A DNA stretch of 64,000 nucleotides, taken from the NCBI GenBank assembly GCA_044345405.1, contig JBIJBE010000007.1, forward strand, positions 1 to 64,000, written 5' to 3'. A model generated the notes under the pieces. That model made no database searches. It saw nothing but the letters and a program-made list of their open reading frames with translations, and was not told where the DNA came from. Numbering within the stretch: position 1 is the stretch's first letter; every line of letters begins with the position of its first letter. Origin of the DNA: Bdellovibrionota bacterium (GTDB lineage Bacteria > Bdellovibrionota_C > UBA2361 > OMII01). Positions 35,959-46,701 of the stretch are shown here, piece after piece. Both the position numbers and the translations under genes were made by a program.

Positions 35959-37950
35959 GTGTATCAACCACGCCCCGCCATAGCACCCCAAGGACCTTCA
36001 GAGCCGAACTCTGAATGGGTGTCCATTTGCGCGGAGCTTCAAACAAAGCTGCCGGGCGAGATTGTCGAGATAGAGAGCAAACGGCTTAGAATAGAAGCCG
36101 TGGTCGCGAAGCTCGATATCGGAAACGTGCTCCGTCACCTCACCATCACCGCGAAAACCCCCGCGGAGAAAGAGATAGTGCGATATGAGCTTGAGTCGAT
36201 CGGCTCAAGCAGCCTCGCCTCGAACCTCGCCGCGATCCTCTCACGAGCCAGAGATCGAAAGACACCCGCCGAAGAGGTTATTCGCTCCATCTCCGAGTGC
36301 CTTCAACGTGGAGGTCCCTACCTGATGAGGAAGGTGCCGGCGGAGCAAAATCCTTGGATTCAGCTCTCGATGGAGCGCTCAGTGCCGGATTTTGAGGAGT
36401 TCGCCCGCAATCCCCTCTCGATGGATATGACGTTCACCCTTGAGCGCACCGTCAAGGACGCCCACATTCGAGCGGTCGCTACGCTCTTCCCGGAACGACA
36501 CTACACACTCGTCCAAGCGTTCACCTATCCCAAGGGGGAATCATCCCTTCCTCCAAGCCGTTCCTTCAAGGTGCGGTGCCCCGAAGATTTCTTGCGCAAA
36601 CCACACACTCATCAAGAGATCATAGCGACCCTCCATTCAGCGACGTGGGAAGCTATGGACACAATCCTTGAGGAAGGCGCGTCGTCAGCGGCCAACATCT
36701 TTCGCGAGAACGCGATCGACGCTCGCCTGGAAAGGGGCGATGTTGAACCGTTACACTGCCACTCGTATCATGTCTTACCCAGCGGGGCGCGGATCATGGT
36801 AGAGGAGGGCGATTCAATCGCGTGCATCCGCATAGAGGCATCCGGCACGGAGGAGAGCGCGGCGGCCTTCTGGCGCATAACCTCCCCACTCGGTCTTCTT
36901 TTGCCCGATAATCCCCGACTCATCACCGCCGATAGCGCGGTAGGAAGTCTCACGGAGGGGGCGCCCCTACAAAAATTAGAGGCGATACGGACCCTCGACC
37001 GGATGGTAAACGCGGACGCCGATAAACTGTCCCCAGAGGGACGCAAGGTCCCGCCGTTCTCAACCGTTTCCGTTGAGTCCTGTATTGGACATGAGCTCGC
37101 GGCCTCACTCTCCGCGCTTTCGCGAAGCGTCGTCCGCCCTCTCCCACCGACATCCGAGTACGCGATACTCGACCTTCTCGATGGCTTTCAATCTGTCTAT
37201 CTCGCTCCTCGCGATATCGCCCATAAGCGGATGTATCCCCAAGATCCGGACTACATCACCTTCGGCGTGAGAAGCGATGGCGCGCTCAAGGCTACAATTA
37301 AAAACTCACTCCGGAATCATCTCGATGTGGTCGTGACGCCAGACTATTTCGAGAGATACGAAACTCGCGAAGAATGTATTGAGCGCCTTGCCCGTCTCTT
37401 CAACCGACAGACTCGCGACTCTTTCATGAGACTTCGAGCTGAGATGGAGCGACTTGATCACCACGCGCCCCCCGATATCATCGCGTCCCGCGCGTTGAGA
37501 TCCGCGGAGGCTCGATTCCCAACGGTGTCGTCTCAATCGGTGAATCGCGCTCTCGACACCGCGGCGGAGATCGCGCTTGTCTACGAGGCAGACGCCCAGG
37601 CCTCCATCTCCGATGTTCAGATGATGTTTCCCTCCCCGGGAATGTGCGACATGGTTCTTACCAATTCGCGCGCGACCCCACCGATCCGAATGCGCCTACA
37701 CGTGAGCGAGGAGGGGATCGTTGGAATTCACCTCCACTCCTTTGGGGTGTCTTTTAAACAGCATCACCTATTCTCGTTCCTGACGCCGATAACCCTTCCT
37801 GAGGGGCGTGAGGTAATGAGCCAACTTTTTCGATTGTTCCAATCGGTCCCGTACGAGGGTTCCCCATTGGCGCGAGCGCTGGCTCCAGCGCTCTCCGAGA
37901 CTCCTCTTTTCAGGTACCTGCGAGAGTGTGAGGAGCGTTTCGCGGTCTAG
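35959..37950 (+). CDS. Hypothetical 663-aa protein
   Basis: Long uninterrupted ORF with no recognised motif; start uncertain (GTG). Confidence 0.65.
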   Translation: MYQPRPAIAPQGPSEPNSEWVSICAELQTKLPGEIVEIESKRLRIEAVVAKLDIGNVLRHLTITAKTPAEKEIVRYELESIGSSSLASNLAAILSRARDRKTPAEEVIRSISECLQRGGPYLMRKVPAEQNPWIQLSMERSVPDFEEFARNPLSMDMTFTLERTVKDAHIRAVATLFPERHYTLVQAFTYPKGESSLPPSRSFKVRCPEDFLRKPHTHQEIIATLHSATWEAMDTILEEGASSAANIFRENAIDARLERGDVEPLHCHSYHVLPSGARIMVEEGDSIACIRIEASGTEESAAAFWRITSPLGLLLPDNPRLITADSAVGSLTEGAPLQKLEAIRTLDRMVNADADKLSPEGRKVPPFSTVSVESCIGHELAASLSALSRSVVRPLPPTSEYAILDLLDGFQSVYLAPRDIAHKRMYPQDPDYITFGVRSDGALKATIKNSLRNHLDVVVTPDYFERYETREECIERLARLFNRQTRDSFMRLRAEMERLDHHAPPDIIASRALRSAEARFPTVSSQSVNRALDTAAEIALVYEADAQASISDVQMMFPSPGMCDMVLTNSRATPPIRMRLHVSEEGIVGIHLHSFGVSFKQHHLFSFLTPITLPEGREVMSQLFRLFQSVPYEGSPLARALAPALSETPLFRYLRECEERFAV

Positions 37951-38110
37951 CCTCAGCCCAAGATTGCGCTCTCATATCCCTCCAAGACGGCCACTCTCTT
38001 TGGAAACCTATAAAAAAAGCCCCCATCCACATCACGGTGGCCGTTTCCCGTTGACCTCTCCGATAGGGTGTCCGATACTCCACCATCCTAGCATTTCGAC
38101 GTAGCGCTCC

Positions 38111-39535
38111 ATGGAAAAACTTCGACAGTATCGAGATAAGCAACGCAAGGAAGCTCCTCGATCAGCGCCTCCTGGCGGACGCGTTATGCCCCAGGCGCTT
38201 GAGGCTGAGGAATCAGTTCTCGGAGGCGTCCTCCTCGACAACCAGGCGATTAACATCTGTCTTGAGCGAATCCGTGCCGAGGATTTCTACAAAGCGAGCC
38301 ATCAAACTATCTTTGAGGCGATGGTTACGCTCGCCGACAAACGCGAGCCAATAGATATCATCACCCTTGGGCAGCAACTCCGGAACATGGGGCAGTTCGA
38401 TAACATCGGTGGCTCCACCATCCTATCCTATCTCGCCTCCTCAGTTCCGAACGCGGCGAACGTTGGATATTACGCGAAGGTCATCAAAGAGATGGCCATC
38501 CGACGTCGGATCATTCACGAGTCCACAGATATCATTAACTCCGCGTTCGAGCTTGAGGGTGACATCGAGGAGTTCATCGATGGTACCGAGCAACGAATCC
38601 TTGGAGTCTCCGACTTCAAAACGCAGGGAGCGTTCTCCCGTGTAAGCGACGTGGTTCAAGACTCCATTCGGCTCGTTGAGAAGCTGTACGATCAGAAGGA
38701 GCCGGTTACCGGAGTTCCAAGCGGACTCATCAAGCTCGACAAGATGACCGCGGGCTTCCAGCCATCAGACCTCGTGATTGTTGCGGCTCGTCCAGCGATG
38801 GGTAAGACCGCTCTCGTTCTTGGATGGGCTCAATACTGCGGTATTCACTACCGAAAGCCCGTAGCGCTCTTCTCCCTTGAGATGTCGAAAGAGCAGCTCG
38901 TTCTCCGTATGTTGTGCAGCGAATCCCGCATCAGCAACTCAGCGGTTCGAACGGGAGAGCTCACCGAGCGAGACTTCGCTCGCATCGTGGATGGCGCGAG
39001 CCGCATATCGGAAGCGGACATCTTCATCGACGATACTCCGGCTCTCACCATTACCGAAGTTCGCGCGAAAGCTCGACGGCTTCACCGAGATCACCCACTC
39101 GGATTGGTGATCGTCGACTACCTCCAGCTCCTGCGAAGCCCGGCGTACAGCCACTCTCGAGAGCAAGAGATCTCCGACATATCGCGATCGCTCAAAGCTC
39201 TCGCCAAGGAGTTGAGCGTTCCCGTGGTAGCGCTCTCACAGCTCAACCGTTCCGTTGAGTCTCGCAACGACAAACGTCCGATGACCTCCGATCTTCGAGA
39301 ATCGGGAGCTATCGAGCAGGACGCGGACATCATCATGTTCATCTACCGAGACGAGGTGTACAACAAAGAGTCTCCAGATAAAGGTGTCGCCGAGATCATT
39401 ATCGGTAAGCAACGTAGTGGACCTACCGGAAGCCTCCGGGTCGCGTTCTCAGGCGAGTTCACGCGCTTCGACAATCTTGATGAGTCCGATATCACCATGA
39501 TGGCGGCGAACGACTCGGATCCTGACCCGTTCTAG
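38111..39535 (+). CDS. dnaB: Replicative DNA helicase
   Basis: AARPAMGKT, FSLEMS, VDYLQL, ALSQLNR, SDLRESGAIEQDAD, KQRSGPTG; no intein. Confidence 0.98.
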   Translation: MEKLRQYRDKQRKEAPRSAPPGGRVMPQALEAEESVLGGVLLDNQAINICLERIRAEDFYKASHQTIFEAMVTLADKREPIDIITLGQQLRNMGQFDNIGGSTILSYLASSVPNAANVGYYAKVIKEMAIRRRIIHESTDIINSAFELEGDIEEFIDGTEQRILGVSDFKTQGAFSRVSDVVQDSIRLVEKLYDQKEPVTGVPSGLIKLDKMTAGFQPSDLVIVAARPAMGKTALVLGWAQYCGIHYRKPVALFSLEMSKEQLVLRMLCSESRISNSAVRTGELTERDFARIVDGASRISEADIFIDDTPALTITEVRAKARRLHRDHPLGLVIVDYLQLLRSPAYSHSREQEISDISRSLKALAKELSVPVVALSQLNRSVESRNDKRPMTSDLRESGAIEQDADIIMFIYRDEVYNKESPDKGVAEIIIGKQRSGPTGSLRVAFSGEFTRFDNLDESDITMMAANDSDPDPF

Positions 39536-39627
39536 CGCCCCGTTCAAAAAGTTCTCTCTCCAAACGACCGCGCCAACGCGGTCATATATTACAAAGGGCT
39601 TGGGAACCTTCTCGTAAGAATTTCGAC

Positions 39628-39652
39628 CGCAAAGGACGCGAAGGACACAAAG
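39628..39652. repeat. 9-mer micro-array (CGCAAAGGA CGCGAAGGA CACAAAG)
   Basis: Read directly between the convergent dnaB and TPR genes. Confidence 0.5.
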
Positions 39653-39668
39653 CTTTTTTGGGCAGGCT

Positions 39669-40688
39669 TTACGAGCCCGCGCTAGTGGCCTTCACAAGTT
39701 CTTTTCGTAGCACGGCCGGCCACATCACAAGCTCATAGGGTTGGCGCTCAGCGAATTGGATAGCTCCTTCTTTCAACTCTTCCATCTTCTCGTCAGACTC
39801 CCCTGTTGCCGCGGCATCAGGAGGCATATGCGTCTTCATGATCCACCACGCGGTGTTAATTTCTTGGGAAAGCTCGGGAGCCTGCGCGATTCGACCCACC
39901 GCGTTGTCTTCAGCCTCCAGCGCGGCCTTCATGTCGCCCTTCGCGAATAACGCCATACCCAACGCGTGAAACGAAGCGGCTTCTCCAGCGAGCGGCTTGT
40001 TAGCTTGAGTGAACTCGATCGCTTGATCGAAGAGATTGAGCCCAACTAATAACCTCGCGTGGGCGGAAACCTGCGCTGGTGTGGGGGCTAACGCGAACGC
40101 CTCATACGAGTAACACAACGCCTCCTGTTCATGTCCCGTCCCAAAAGCGACGTTGGAGATGGAGCGCGCGACCATAGCGGCTCGGGGGCCGTTACCAGCA
40201 GACTTGAAGATGGAGAACGCCTCCTTAAGTTTCATCTTGGCGACCTCATGCTGCCCTTGAGCTTCTCGCACGTCCGCGAGCACTTGAAGGTAGTGTGGAT
40301 TCCTGGGTTCCTTCGCGAGAAGCGTCTCGAGCATCGAGAGCGCCTCATCGGTTTCACCCGATTGATTGATAATGACCGCCAGGTTAAATGCTATCCGATC
40401 GTTGGTGGGCTCAAGATAGTAGGCCTGACGAAGCCGCCCCTCCGCGTTAAAGAGCCTTCCATTGTTAGCGAACGAAAGCCCCTCACTCACCAATCCCGCG
40501 ACGCGAAGGTCCTTACTCGACGCGAATACCTCCTCATCACCAGACGCGCCCCGTCGAGAGAGGGAAAAGGTGGTGTTGTCACGCGGGATGGCGCAGGCCG
40601 GAAGAAATACAAGAACGACCATCCACGGAAACGCCATTCGAAACCGCCCATGGCGGTGGTCCGTGACTAGTTTTGAGAGCCTTCGCAT
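39669..40688 (-). CDS. TPR-repeat lipoprotein
   Basis: Lipobox LPA-C and helical TPR-like repeats; starts 10 bp after the ubiA-like stop. Confidence 0.75.
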   Translation of the reverse strand: MRRLSKLVTDHRHGRFRMAFPWMVVLVFLPACAIPRDNTTFSLSRRGASGDEEVFASSKDLRVAGLVSEGLSFANNGRLFNAEGRLRQAYYLEPTNDRIAFNLAVIINQSGETDEALSMLETLLAKEPRNPHYLQVLADVREAQGQHEVAKMKLKEAFSIFKSAGNGPRAAMVARSISNVAFGTGHEQEALCYSYEAFALAPTPAQVSAHARLLVGLNLFDQAIEFTQANKPLAGEAASFHALGMALFAKGDMKAALEAEDNAVGRIAQAPELSQEINTAWWIMKTHMPPDAAATGESDEKMEELKEGAIQFAERQPYELVMWPAVLRKELVKATSAGS

Positions 40689-40698
40689 GGTGAGGAGG

Positions 40699-42150
40699 TT
40701 ACCACTTGGCGCCCAAAAAGATAAGCGCCCCTATCGCCGCTACAGCATAGGTAACTTTATCGCGAAGCGCAAAGACCAAAGGATCGTCATGCACGAATCC
40801 TCTGCGAGCGAGCAACCAGATGCGACTGATCCAGTAGAGTAGGAGTGGACACGCCATCCAAATAACGGTCGGACTCGCGTACAGCTCCGCGACCTCCTTA
40901 CCACTCACGTAGAGGGCGAGGACCAACACGGCGATATATCCACTCGCGGTTCCGAACGAGGCAACCTGCTCCATATCGCTCACGGCGTATCCCCTACCCC
41001 AGGTGCGGTGTTCCTTTCGCTGTTGGAGAACTAACAACTCAGAGAAGCGCTTTACACAGGCGAGGCTGAAAAAGATGAACATTGAGAGTCCCAAGAGCCA
41101 TTGGGAGAGATGCACCCCGGTCGCTATGCCACCACCAACGATACGGATGGTGTAGAGGATCGCGAGCAAGATCACGTCAACCAACGCCAAAGCTTTAAGT
41201 CGGTAAGAGTACGCCGAGGTTAGTATCAAGTAGATTCCGAGCACGACTGAGAATTCGGGCTGAATCGCGAACGCTACCGCGAACGCCGCCAGAAAGAGCA
41301 GCGGCGCGAGTGTCAGCGCGTAGGACAGCGGAAAAACTCCGGACGCGCATGGACGTTTCTTTTTACGGGGATGCCGTCGATCTGCCTCAAGATCAAGGAG
41401 GTCATTGAGAAGATATACACCCGAGGCGCACAATGAGAAGGCAAGTGCGGAGGCTCCCGCGATGAGCCATCCCTGGAAATTAAATACTTGATGCGCGAGA
41501 ACCAAAGGAGCGAATACGAGGACGTTCTTCAGCCACTGATGCATCCGCAACGCTCGCAAGAAAACCTTGTAGGTACACGGCTCTTTCTCAAGAATGACCG
41601 CGTTGGGATATCGATTCTTAACCCTGGCGGTGAAACTCGGGCTGGACGATACGCACACCACATGAGCGGCTTCGCGCCACACATCAAAGTCCGCGTTAGA
41701 ATCCCCTATGTATTCCCACGAGGAGTCCCCCACTACCTCGCGAATGGCGGTAGCCTTCGCGCTCCCTTTACGATTTAACGCGCCGTTGGAGCCGATAACC
41801 CCACTCACAAAATCGAATTGATCCGCCAGGCGCTCAACGAGCCGAGTATCAGAGGCTGAGGCCAACATCACGCGTTGTCCAGACTCAGCGGCGGCGCGAA
41901 GATACGAAACCACAGAGGCGTTCATCGGCAGAAGCTCAACAGAGAGCCCCGCGGATCGCTCGGCGAGCTGTTGCTTAAGATACGCTCTCCCTCGAAGTAA
42001 CCAGAACGGCACGAACAGGAGTATCCAGATGTCCTGCTTCACCGCGAAGAGAAGCGATTCATACAAGAGGTCGGTCGCGATGACAGACCCATCGACATCC
42101 GCGCAGACGACACTCGGTTTTTCGGAACGTTTCAAACTCTCACCATGCAT
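40699..42150 (-). CDS. HAD-UbiA fusion: polyprenyl-phosphate phosphoribosyltransferase (DPPR synthase-like)
   Basis: N-terminal DVDGS…GDSNAD (HAD motifs); RMHQWLKN, YLLNDLLDLEADRRHPRKKKRP, KRFSE, HDDP…FALRD. Confidence 0.9.
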   Translation of the reverse strand: MHGESLKRSEKPSVVCADVDGSVIATDLLYESLLFAVKQDIWILLFVPFWLLRGRAYLKQQLAERSAGLSVELLPMNASVVSYLRAAAESGQRVMLASASDTRLVERLADQFDFVSGVIGSNGALNRKGSAKATAIREVVGDSSWEYIGDSNADFDVWREAAHVVCVSSSPSFTARVKNRYPNAVILEKEPCTYKVFLRALRMHQWLKNVLVFAPLVLAHQVFNFQGWLIAGASALAFSLCASGVYLLNDLLDLEADRRHPRKKKRPCASGVFPLSYALTLAPLLFLAAFAVAFAIQPEFSVVLGIYLILTSAYSYRLKALALVDVILLAILYTIRIVGGGIATGVHLSQWLLGLSMFIFFSLACVKRFSELLVLQQRKEHRTWGRGYAVSDMEQVASFGTASGYIAVLVLALYVSGKEVAELYASPTVIWMACPLLLYWISRIWLLARRGFVHDDPLVFALRDKVTYAVAAIGALIFLGAKW

Positions 42151-42607
42151 ACGAAACTTCTATCGCAAGGAGCACCAACTGTCGTCCCCACACCTCATCA
42201 GGGTGCGTGGCCCGGCACTCCAAGGATCCTCTGCAATGAGTATCCTTATTCATTAAACGGGCACTCATCCAAAACACCGTTCACAGATATCCCGCGTTCA
42301 GAAAGCCCTATAAGTTTAGAGTCTTCGAGGTCTTGAAACGGCTCATCAAGTTGGCGGAAACCTATTCCGTCCTGGCAATCCGCCCCATTTTGTCTCAGCG
42401 ATGACCACATCCCTCCTTGCGTCCGAGCATCCACTCCGCAGCGCAACCACGTTCTAAAAGCGCAAGGCCTTCACATCGATTGCCAGAGCCCAGGACGCCG
42501 TTTATCTTCTCAAGATCCCTCTTTTACCGTAGTTTTGGTGGGTCCCTGGAACGAGCTTTGGAATCTAAGCTAGAGGCGATACATACCTGGTTTTGAAAGG
42601 TGTTCAC

Positions 42608-43912
42608 GTGAGACGTTACGAGTCCTGGGGGCGATACCCAAAAATACGAGACCAACAAGTGTTGCGGATATCATCCGTGAAGGGACCAATCCCCCTTCCC
42701 GATGATGAGCGCACCGTGCTTCCGTACGGACTCGGGCGAAGCTACGGAGATAGCTGCCTCAACGATACGAACGCGATTATCGACACATCCGCGCTTTCTC
42801 ATTTCATCGCTTTTGACCCGAGTACGGGAATCCTGCGGGCGGAGAGCGGTGTAAGTCTCGCGACAATTCTCAACGTATTCGTGCCGAAGGGGTGGTTCCT
42901 TCCCGTAACTCCAGGAACCAAGTTCGTTACCCTCGGAGGAGCGATCGCTAATGATATTCACGGCAAGAATCACCACCGCGCCGGAACGTTCGGCCGTCAC
43001 GTCACACAATTTGGATTACTTCGCTCGACGGGAGAGCACCTTACCTGCTCCCCGACACAGAATACCGATCTTTTTAGAGCCACGATCGGAGGTCTCGGAC
43101 TCACTGGGCTTATATCGTGGGTTGAGATCAAGCTGATACCGATCAAGTCACCGTATCTTGATACCCGCACCATCAAGTTTCGAAACCTCGATGAATTTGT
43201 GGAGATCTCGCGCGAAAACGATCCGATCTACGACTACAGCGTCTCCTGGGTAGATTGCACGACTGAGGGCGATCAACTTGGTCGGGGGCTTTTCATGGCG
43301 GGAAATTTCTCCGAGCGCACAAAGTCCCGAAAGCCGAGGTCGCTCGCTATCCCATTTCCATGCCAGGCTCCCTCCTGGCTTCTCAATTCGTATTTCATGA
43401 GAAGCTTCAACACCCTCTACTACAACAAGCAGCTCAGCCGAACCGTTGACGCGCTCACGCACTACGAGCCCTTCTTTTATCCACTCGACGCGATTCTGAG
43501 CTGGAACCGAATGTACGGGTCCAGGGGATTTTTTCAGTATCAATTCGTTGTTCCCTTCGACGCGAAGGGAGAGACAATCAAAGAGATCTTCCGGCGAATC
43601 ACTCGGTCGAAGAGAGCATCCTTCTTGGCGATCCTAAAGACCTTCGGAGACCTTGAATCACCAGGTATCATGTCATTTCCAAGAAAGGGGATAACGTTAG
43701 CCCTCGACTTCCCGAACGATGGCGCTCCAACGCTCGCGCTCATGGCGGAATTGGATACGATAGTTCTCGCCGCGGGAGGATCGATCTACCCAGCCAAAGA
43801 CGCGCGGATGAGTCGTGAGGCGTTCATCGCGTCGCATCCTCGACTCGCTGAGTTCGAGCCACATATCGATCCGCGATTCTCCTCTAACCTCTGGCGTCGA
43901 GTAGGAAATTAA
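42608..43912 (+). CDS. FAD-linked oxidase, DprE1-like
   Basis: GLGRSYGD, VTPGTKFVTLGGAIANDIHGKNHH, YPLD…WNRMYG, FFQYQ, LALDF, YPAKD. GTG start after SD AAGG. Confidence 0.9.
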   Translation: MRRYESWGRYPKIRDQQVLRISSVKGPIPLPDDERTVLPYGLGRSYGDSCLNDTNAIIDTSALSHFIAFDPSTGILRAESGVSLATILNVFVPKGWFLPVTPGTKFVTLGGAIANDIHGKNHHRAGTFGRHVTQFGLLRSTGEHLTCSPTQNTDLFRATIGGLGLTGLISWVEIKLIPIKSPYLDTRTIKFRNLDEFVEISRENDPIYDYSVSWVDCTTEGDQLGRGLFMAGNFSERTKSRKPRSLAIPFPCQAPSWLLNSYFMRSFNTLYYNKQLSRTVDALTHYEPFFYPLDAILSWNRMYGSRGFFQYQFVVPFDAKGETIKEIFRRITRSKRASFLAILKTFGDLESPGIMSFPRKGITLALDFPNDGAPTLALMAELDTIVLAAGGSIYPAKDARMSREAFIASHPRLAEFEPHIDPRFSSNLWRRVGN

Positions 43913-44652
43913 TGATGAAAAAGATTGTTATTATTGGAGCAACTTCCGCTGTAGCGACTGAAACCGCTCGATGCTTCGCGCTTGAGGGAGCTGAACTGTT
44001 TATCACTGGGCGATCGGAGGACAAACTGGAGCGACTCGCGAACGACCTTCGGTGTCGAGGCGCTGCCGCGGTTCACACCGGACTCTTCAACGCCCGCGAT
44101 CTGGCGTCTCACGATCAGCTCTTGGAGAACGCGTTCCACAAACTCGGCGAGATAGACGCGGCGCTGATCGCGCACGGGGACCTCCCAAATCAAGCTGAAT
44201 GCCAACGAGCGTGGGTTGAAACTGAGCGAGCTCTTGAGACGAACTTTTTGAGTCCGGTGGCGTTTCTCACCTGGCTCGCGAACTATTTCGAAACTCGCGG
44301 AAAGGGAAACATCACCGTCATATCTTCGGTCGCCGGCGACCGAGGGCGGCAAAGCAACTACATCTATGGCTCCGCGAAAGGAGCGCTCACCGTGTTCCTC
44401 CAAGGACTCCGAAATCGACTCGCGCCACGAGGTGTATCAGTGACCACAATCAAACCGGGCTTTATCGACACCCCAATGACCGCGGAGATCAAGAAAGGCC
44501 CCCTTTTCGCCTCGGCGGAGCTGGTTGGAAAGCGGATTCACAAAGCGATGACGAAGGGAGAATCGGTTGTCTATACCCCGTTCTTCTGGCGGTTCATTAT
44601 GCTCATTATTATCCATATCCCTGAGTTCATCTTTAAGAAGCTGAAGCTTTAG
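43912..44652 (+). CDS. SDR oxidoreductase, DprE2-like
   Basis: GATSAVA, SSVAGDRGRQSNYIYGSAK, KPGFIDTPMT; overlaps the stop of the dprE1-like gene. Confidence 0.9.
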   Translation: MMKKIVIIGATSAVATETARCFALEGAELFITGRSEDKLERLANDLRCRGAAAVHTGLFNARDLASHDQLLENAFHKLGEIDAALIAHGDLPNQAECQRAWVETERALETNFLSPVAFLTWLANYFETRGKGNITVISSVAGDRGRQSNYIYGSAKGALTVFLQGLRNRLAPRGVSVTTIKPGFIDTPMTAEIKKGPLFASAELVGKRIHKAMTKGESVVYTPFFWRFIMLIIIHIPEFIFKKLKL

Positions 44653-44667
44653 GATAAGGGCATAGAA

Positions 44668-46701
44668 ATGGAGCGGTTCAAAAGCCTCGCGAGAGCATCC
44701 GAATCCGCGCCTTCGCCCGTTACAGATTCAGCGCTTCACTATCGACCCGATATCGATGGCCTACGAGCTGTGGCCGTAATCGCGACGATGTGGTTTCACT
44801 TCGCCCCCTCGACTCTTCCCGGTGGATTTATTGGGGTGGATATCTTCTTTGTAATCTCAGGCTACCTCATCACTGGAGTCATCGGAACGGAGTTGTCGAA
44901 CGGCTCATTTTCCTTTGGTCGATTCTATGCTCGCCGCATAAAGCGAATTCTGCCCGCTTTATGCCTTGTTCTCGTCACAGTCGCTGCCCTTGGATGGATA
45001 CTTCTCCTTGCAGATGAATATACAGACCTCGGCAAACAGATTCTCGCCGCGGGAGGATTCTCCTCTAACATCCTTCTTATGGTTGAAACGGGGTATTTCA
45101 ACCCCATATCCGAGAACATGCCGCTTCGACATCTCTGGTCGATCGGTGTCGAAGAACAGTTCTATATCGCGTGGCCCCTCATCCTCGTTCTCTGTTGGCG
45201 CGCTCGCTGGCGACTTGTTTCAATAACGACACTCCTTGGCTTGTGCTCACTCGCGCTTAGCCTGTGGATCTCGCCTCACGATGGTGTTGCCGCCTTCTAT
45301 TCGCCACTCACGCGTCTATGGGAACTCCTTGCGGGGGCCGGGTTATCGCTCTATCACCAGTGCTCGCGACCTACGGAAAAGGATCGCCCGTCCACGCTTT
45401 TCGGCGTCTCACGCATCCTTTTTATTCTCGGCTGCGCGTTACTGATCGCCGGCTTCGTATTCATTCATCCCTTTGATCCGTTCCCGGGTTGGCGAGCGCT
45501 CATTCCCGTCATTGGCGCGGGGCTTATTATCGCGGCTCGCACACCGAGTCGCGCGCACAACTATCTCCTCGAAAATCCCCTCATGGTAGGTATCGGATTA
45601 ATAAGCTACCCGCTCTATTTGTGGCATTGGCCTCTCTTTTCGTACGCCACTATCCTCTCCTCAGGCGAACCATCCGCGCAGGTAAGGTGGCTTGTCCTCG
45701 GCGCTACGATTACGCTCTCCGTCGCGACCTACTATTGTTGCGAGATACCGATTCGTCGAGGTCGAGCTCGTCTATGGAAAGTTGTCGCTCCCCTTCTTTC
45801 GCTAGCGGCTGTCAGTGCCTTTGGTGGATCGGTATATCTTGCTAACGGTTTTCCACATAGACCCGCTGCTCTTCCTGTGTCCACAGCAGGTTTAGCGGCG
45901 ACCTACGCTGGTTCATGCGCCGCTCTCACTCAAGACCCAACCTACCCGGATGATTGGTGCTATCCATTCCTTTCGCAACATCCTGCATCTGTGCTTCTTC
46001 TGGGGGATAGCCTCTCAGCACCGTACTCGGCGATGCTCACGGAGCTTGCCAGGACTCATCCCTTCTCTTTTAAACAATTCGCGCGAGGACAATGCACCGC
46101 GCTGTTGAACTACGGCCCCTCACCGTGCCGAGAATTACTAGATAAGGTGCTACATCAGGACTTCATCAAGGACGTCACCACAGTCATTCTGGCCCTCGAT
46201 TGGCGCGCGTACGTACACGGCAAACACTATCTAGCGTTCAAGAACGCTCCTGACGATACGGCGGAGTCCTTCGCTATCGCTCTCCGAACAACGCTGGATT
46301 ATTGGGAGAAGCTCGGGAAGCGTGTTGTAATCTTTTATAGCCCACCACAAGGGATGAACGTCGAGGCGTGCAAACCACGACCCTTCAGCATTACCGATCC
46401 GACCTCGTGTCGGTATACCCGTCGCCAAGCGGAGGCGCGAGACGCGGATTACCGTCTTAGACTTGCTGAGATCATCGGCCAGCGATCGCATCTTCGGTAT
46501 TTCGATCCCGTTCCATCTCTTTGCGCGGACACCACCTGCATGGTGACGCACGGGGCCGAGTACATGTACCGCGATACCGTGAGGAGCGAGACAGATCCCC
46601 CATTTATTTGGAATCATCTGAGCCAATACGGAGCCGAGTATCTGGCCCGGGCCAGTAGGAATCAACTCATCAAAGTCATCGGTCCTCGTGAGGAGCGTTG
46701 A
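44668..46701 (+). CDS. O-acyltransferase, AT3-SGNH fusion (OafA/YrhL type)
   Basis: RPDIDGLRAVA, GVDIFFVISGYLIT, HLWSIGVEEQFY, SYPLYLWHWP; SGNH GDS…HLS. Confidence 0.93.
   Translation: MERFKSLARASESAPSPVTDSALHYRPDIDGLRAVAVIATMWFHFAPSTLPGGFIGVDIFFVISGYLITGVIGTELSNGSFSFGRFYARRIKRILPALCLVLVTVAALGWILLLADEYTDLGKQILAAGGFSSNILLMVETGYFNPISENMPLRHLWSIGVEEQFYIAWPLILVLCWRARWRLVSITTLLGLCSLALSLWISPHDGVAAFYSPLTRLWELLAGAGLSLYHQCSRPTEKDRPSTLFGVSRILFILGCALLIAGFVFIHPFDPFPGWRALIPVIGAGLIIAARTPSRAHNYLLENPLMVGIGLISYPLYLWHWPLFSYATILSSGEPSAQVRWLVLGATITLSVATYYCCEIPIRRGRARLWKVVAPLLSLAAVSAFGGSVYLANGFPHRPAALPVSTAGLAATYAGSCAALTQDPTYPDDWCYPFLSQHPASVLLLGDSLSAPYSAMLTELARTHPFSFKQFARGQCTALLNYGPSPCRELLDKVLHQDFIKDVTTVILALDWRAYVHGKHYLAFKNAPDDTAESFAIALRTTLDYWEKLGKRVVIFYSPPQGMNVEACKPRPFSITDPTSCRYTRRQAEARDADYRLRLAEIIGQRSHLRYFDPVPSLCADTTCMVTHGAEYMYRDTVRSETDPPFIWNHLSQYGAEYLARASRNQLIKVIGPREER

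Noticed and set aside
38111-39535. Possible intein in DnaB
   Set aside because: Length is normal (474 aa) and all helicase motifs are contiguous.
42246-42446. 66-aa ORF in the ubiA-dprE1 intergenic region
   Set aside because: No recognisable motif or convincing start; more likely divergent promoter DNA or a decayed repeat.
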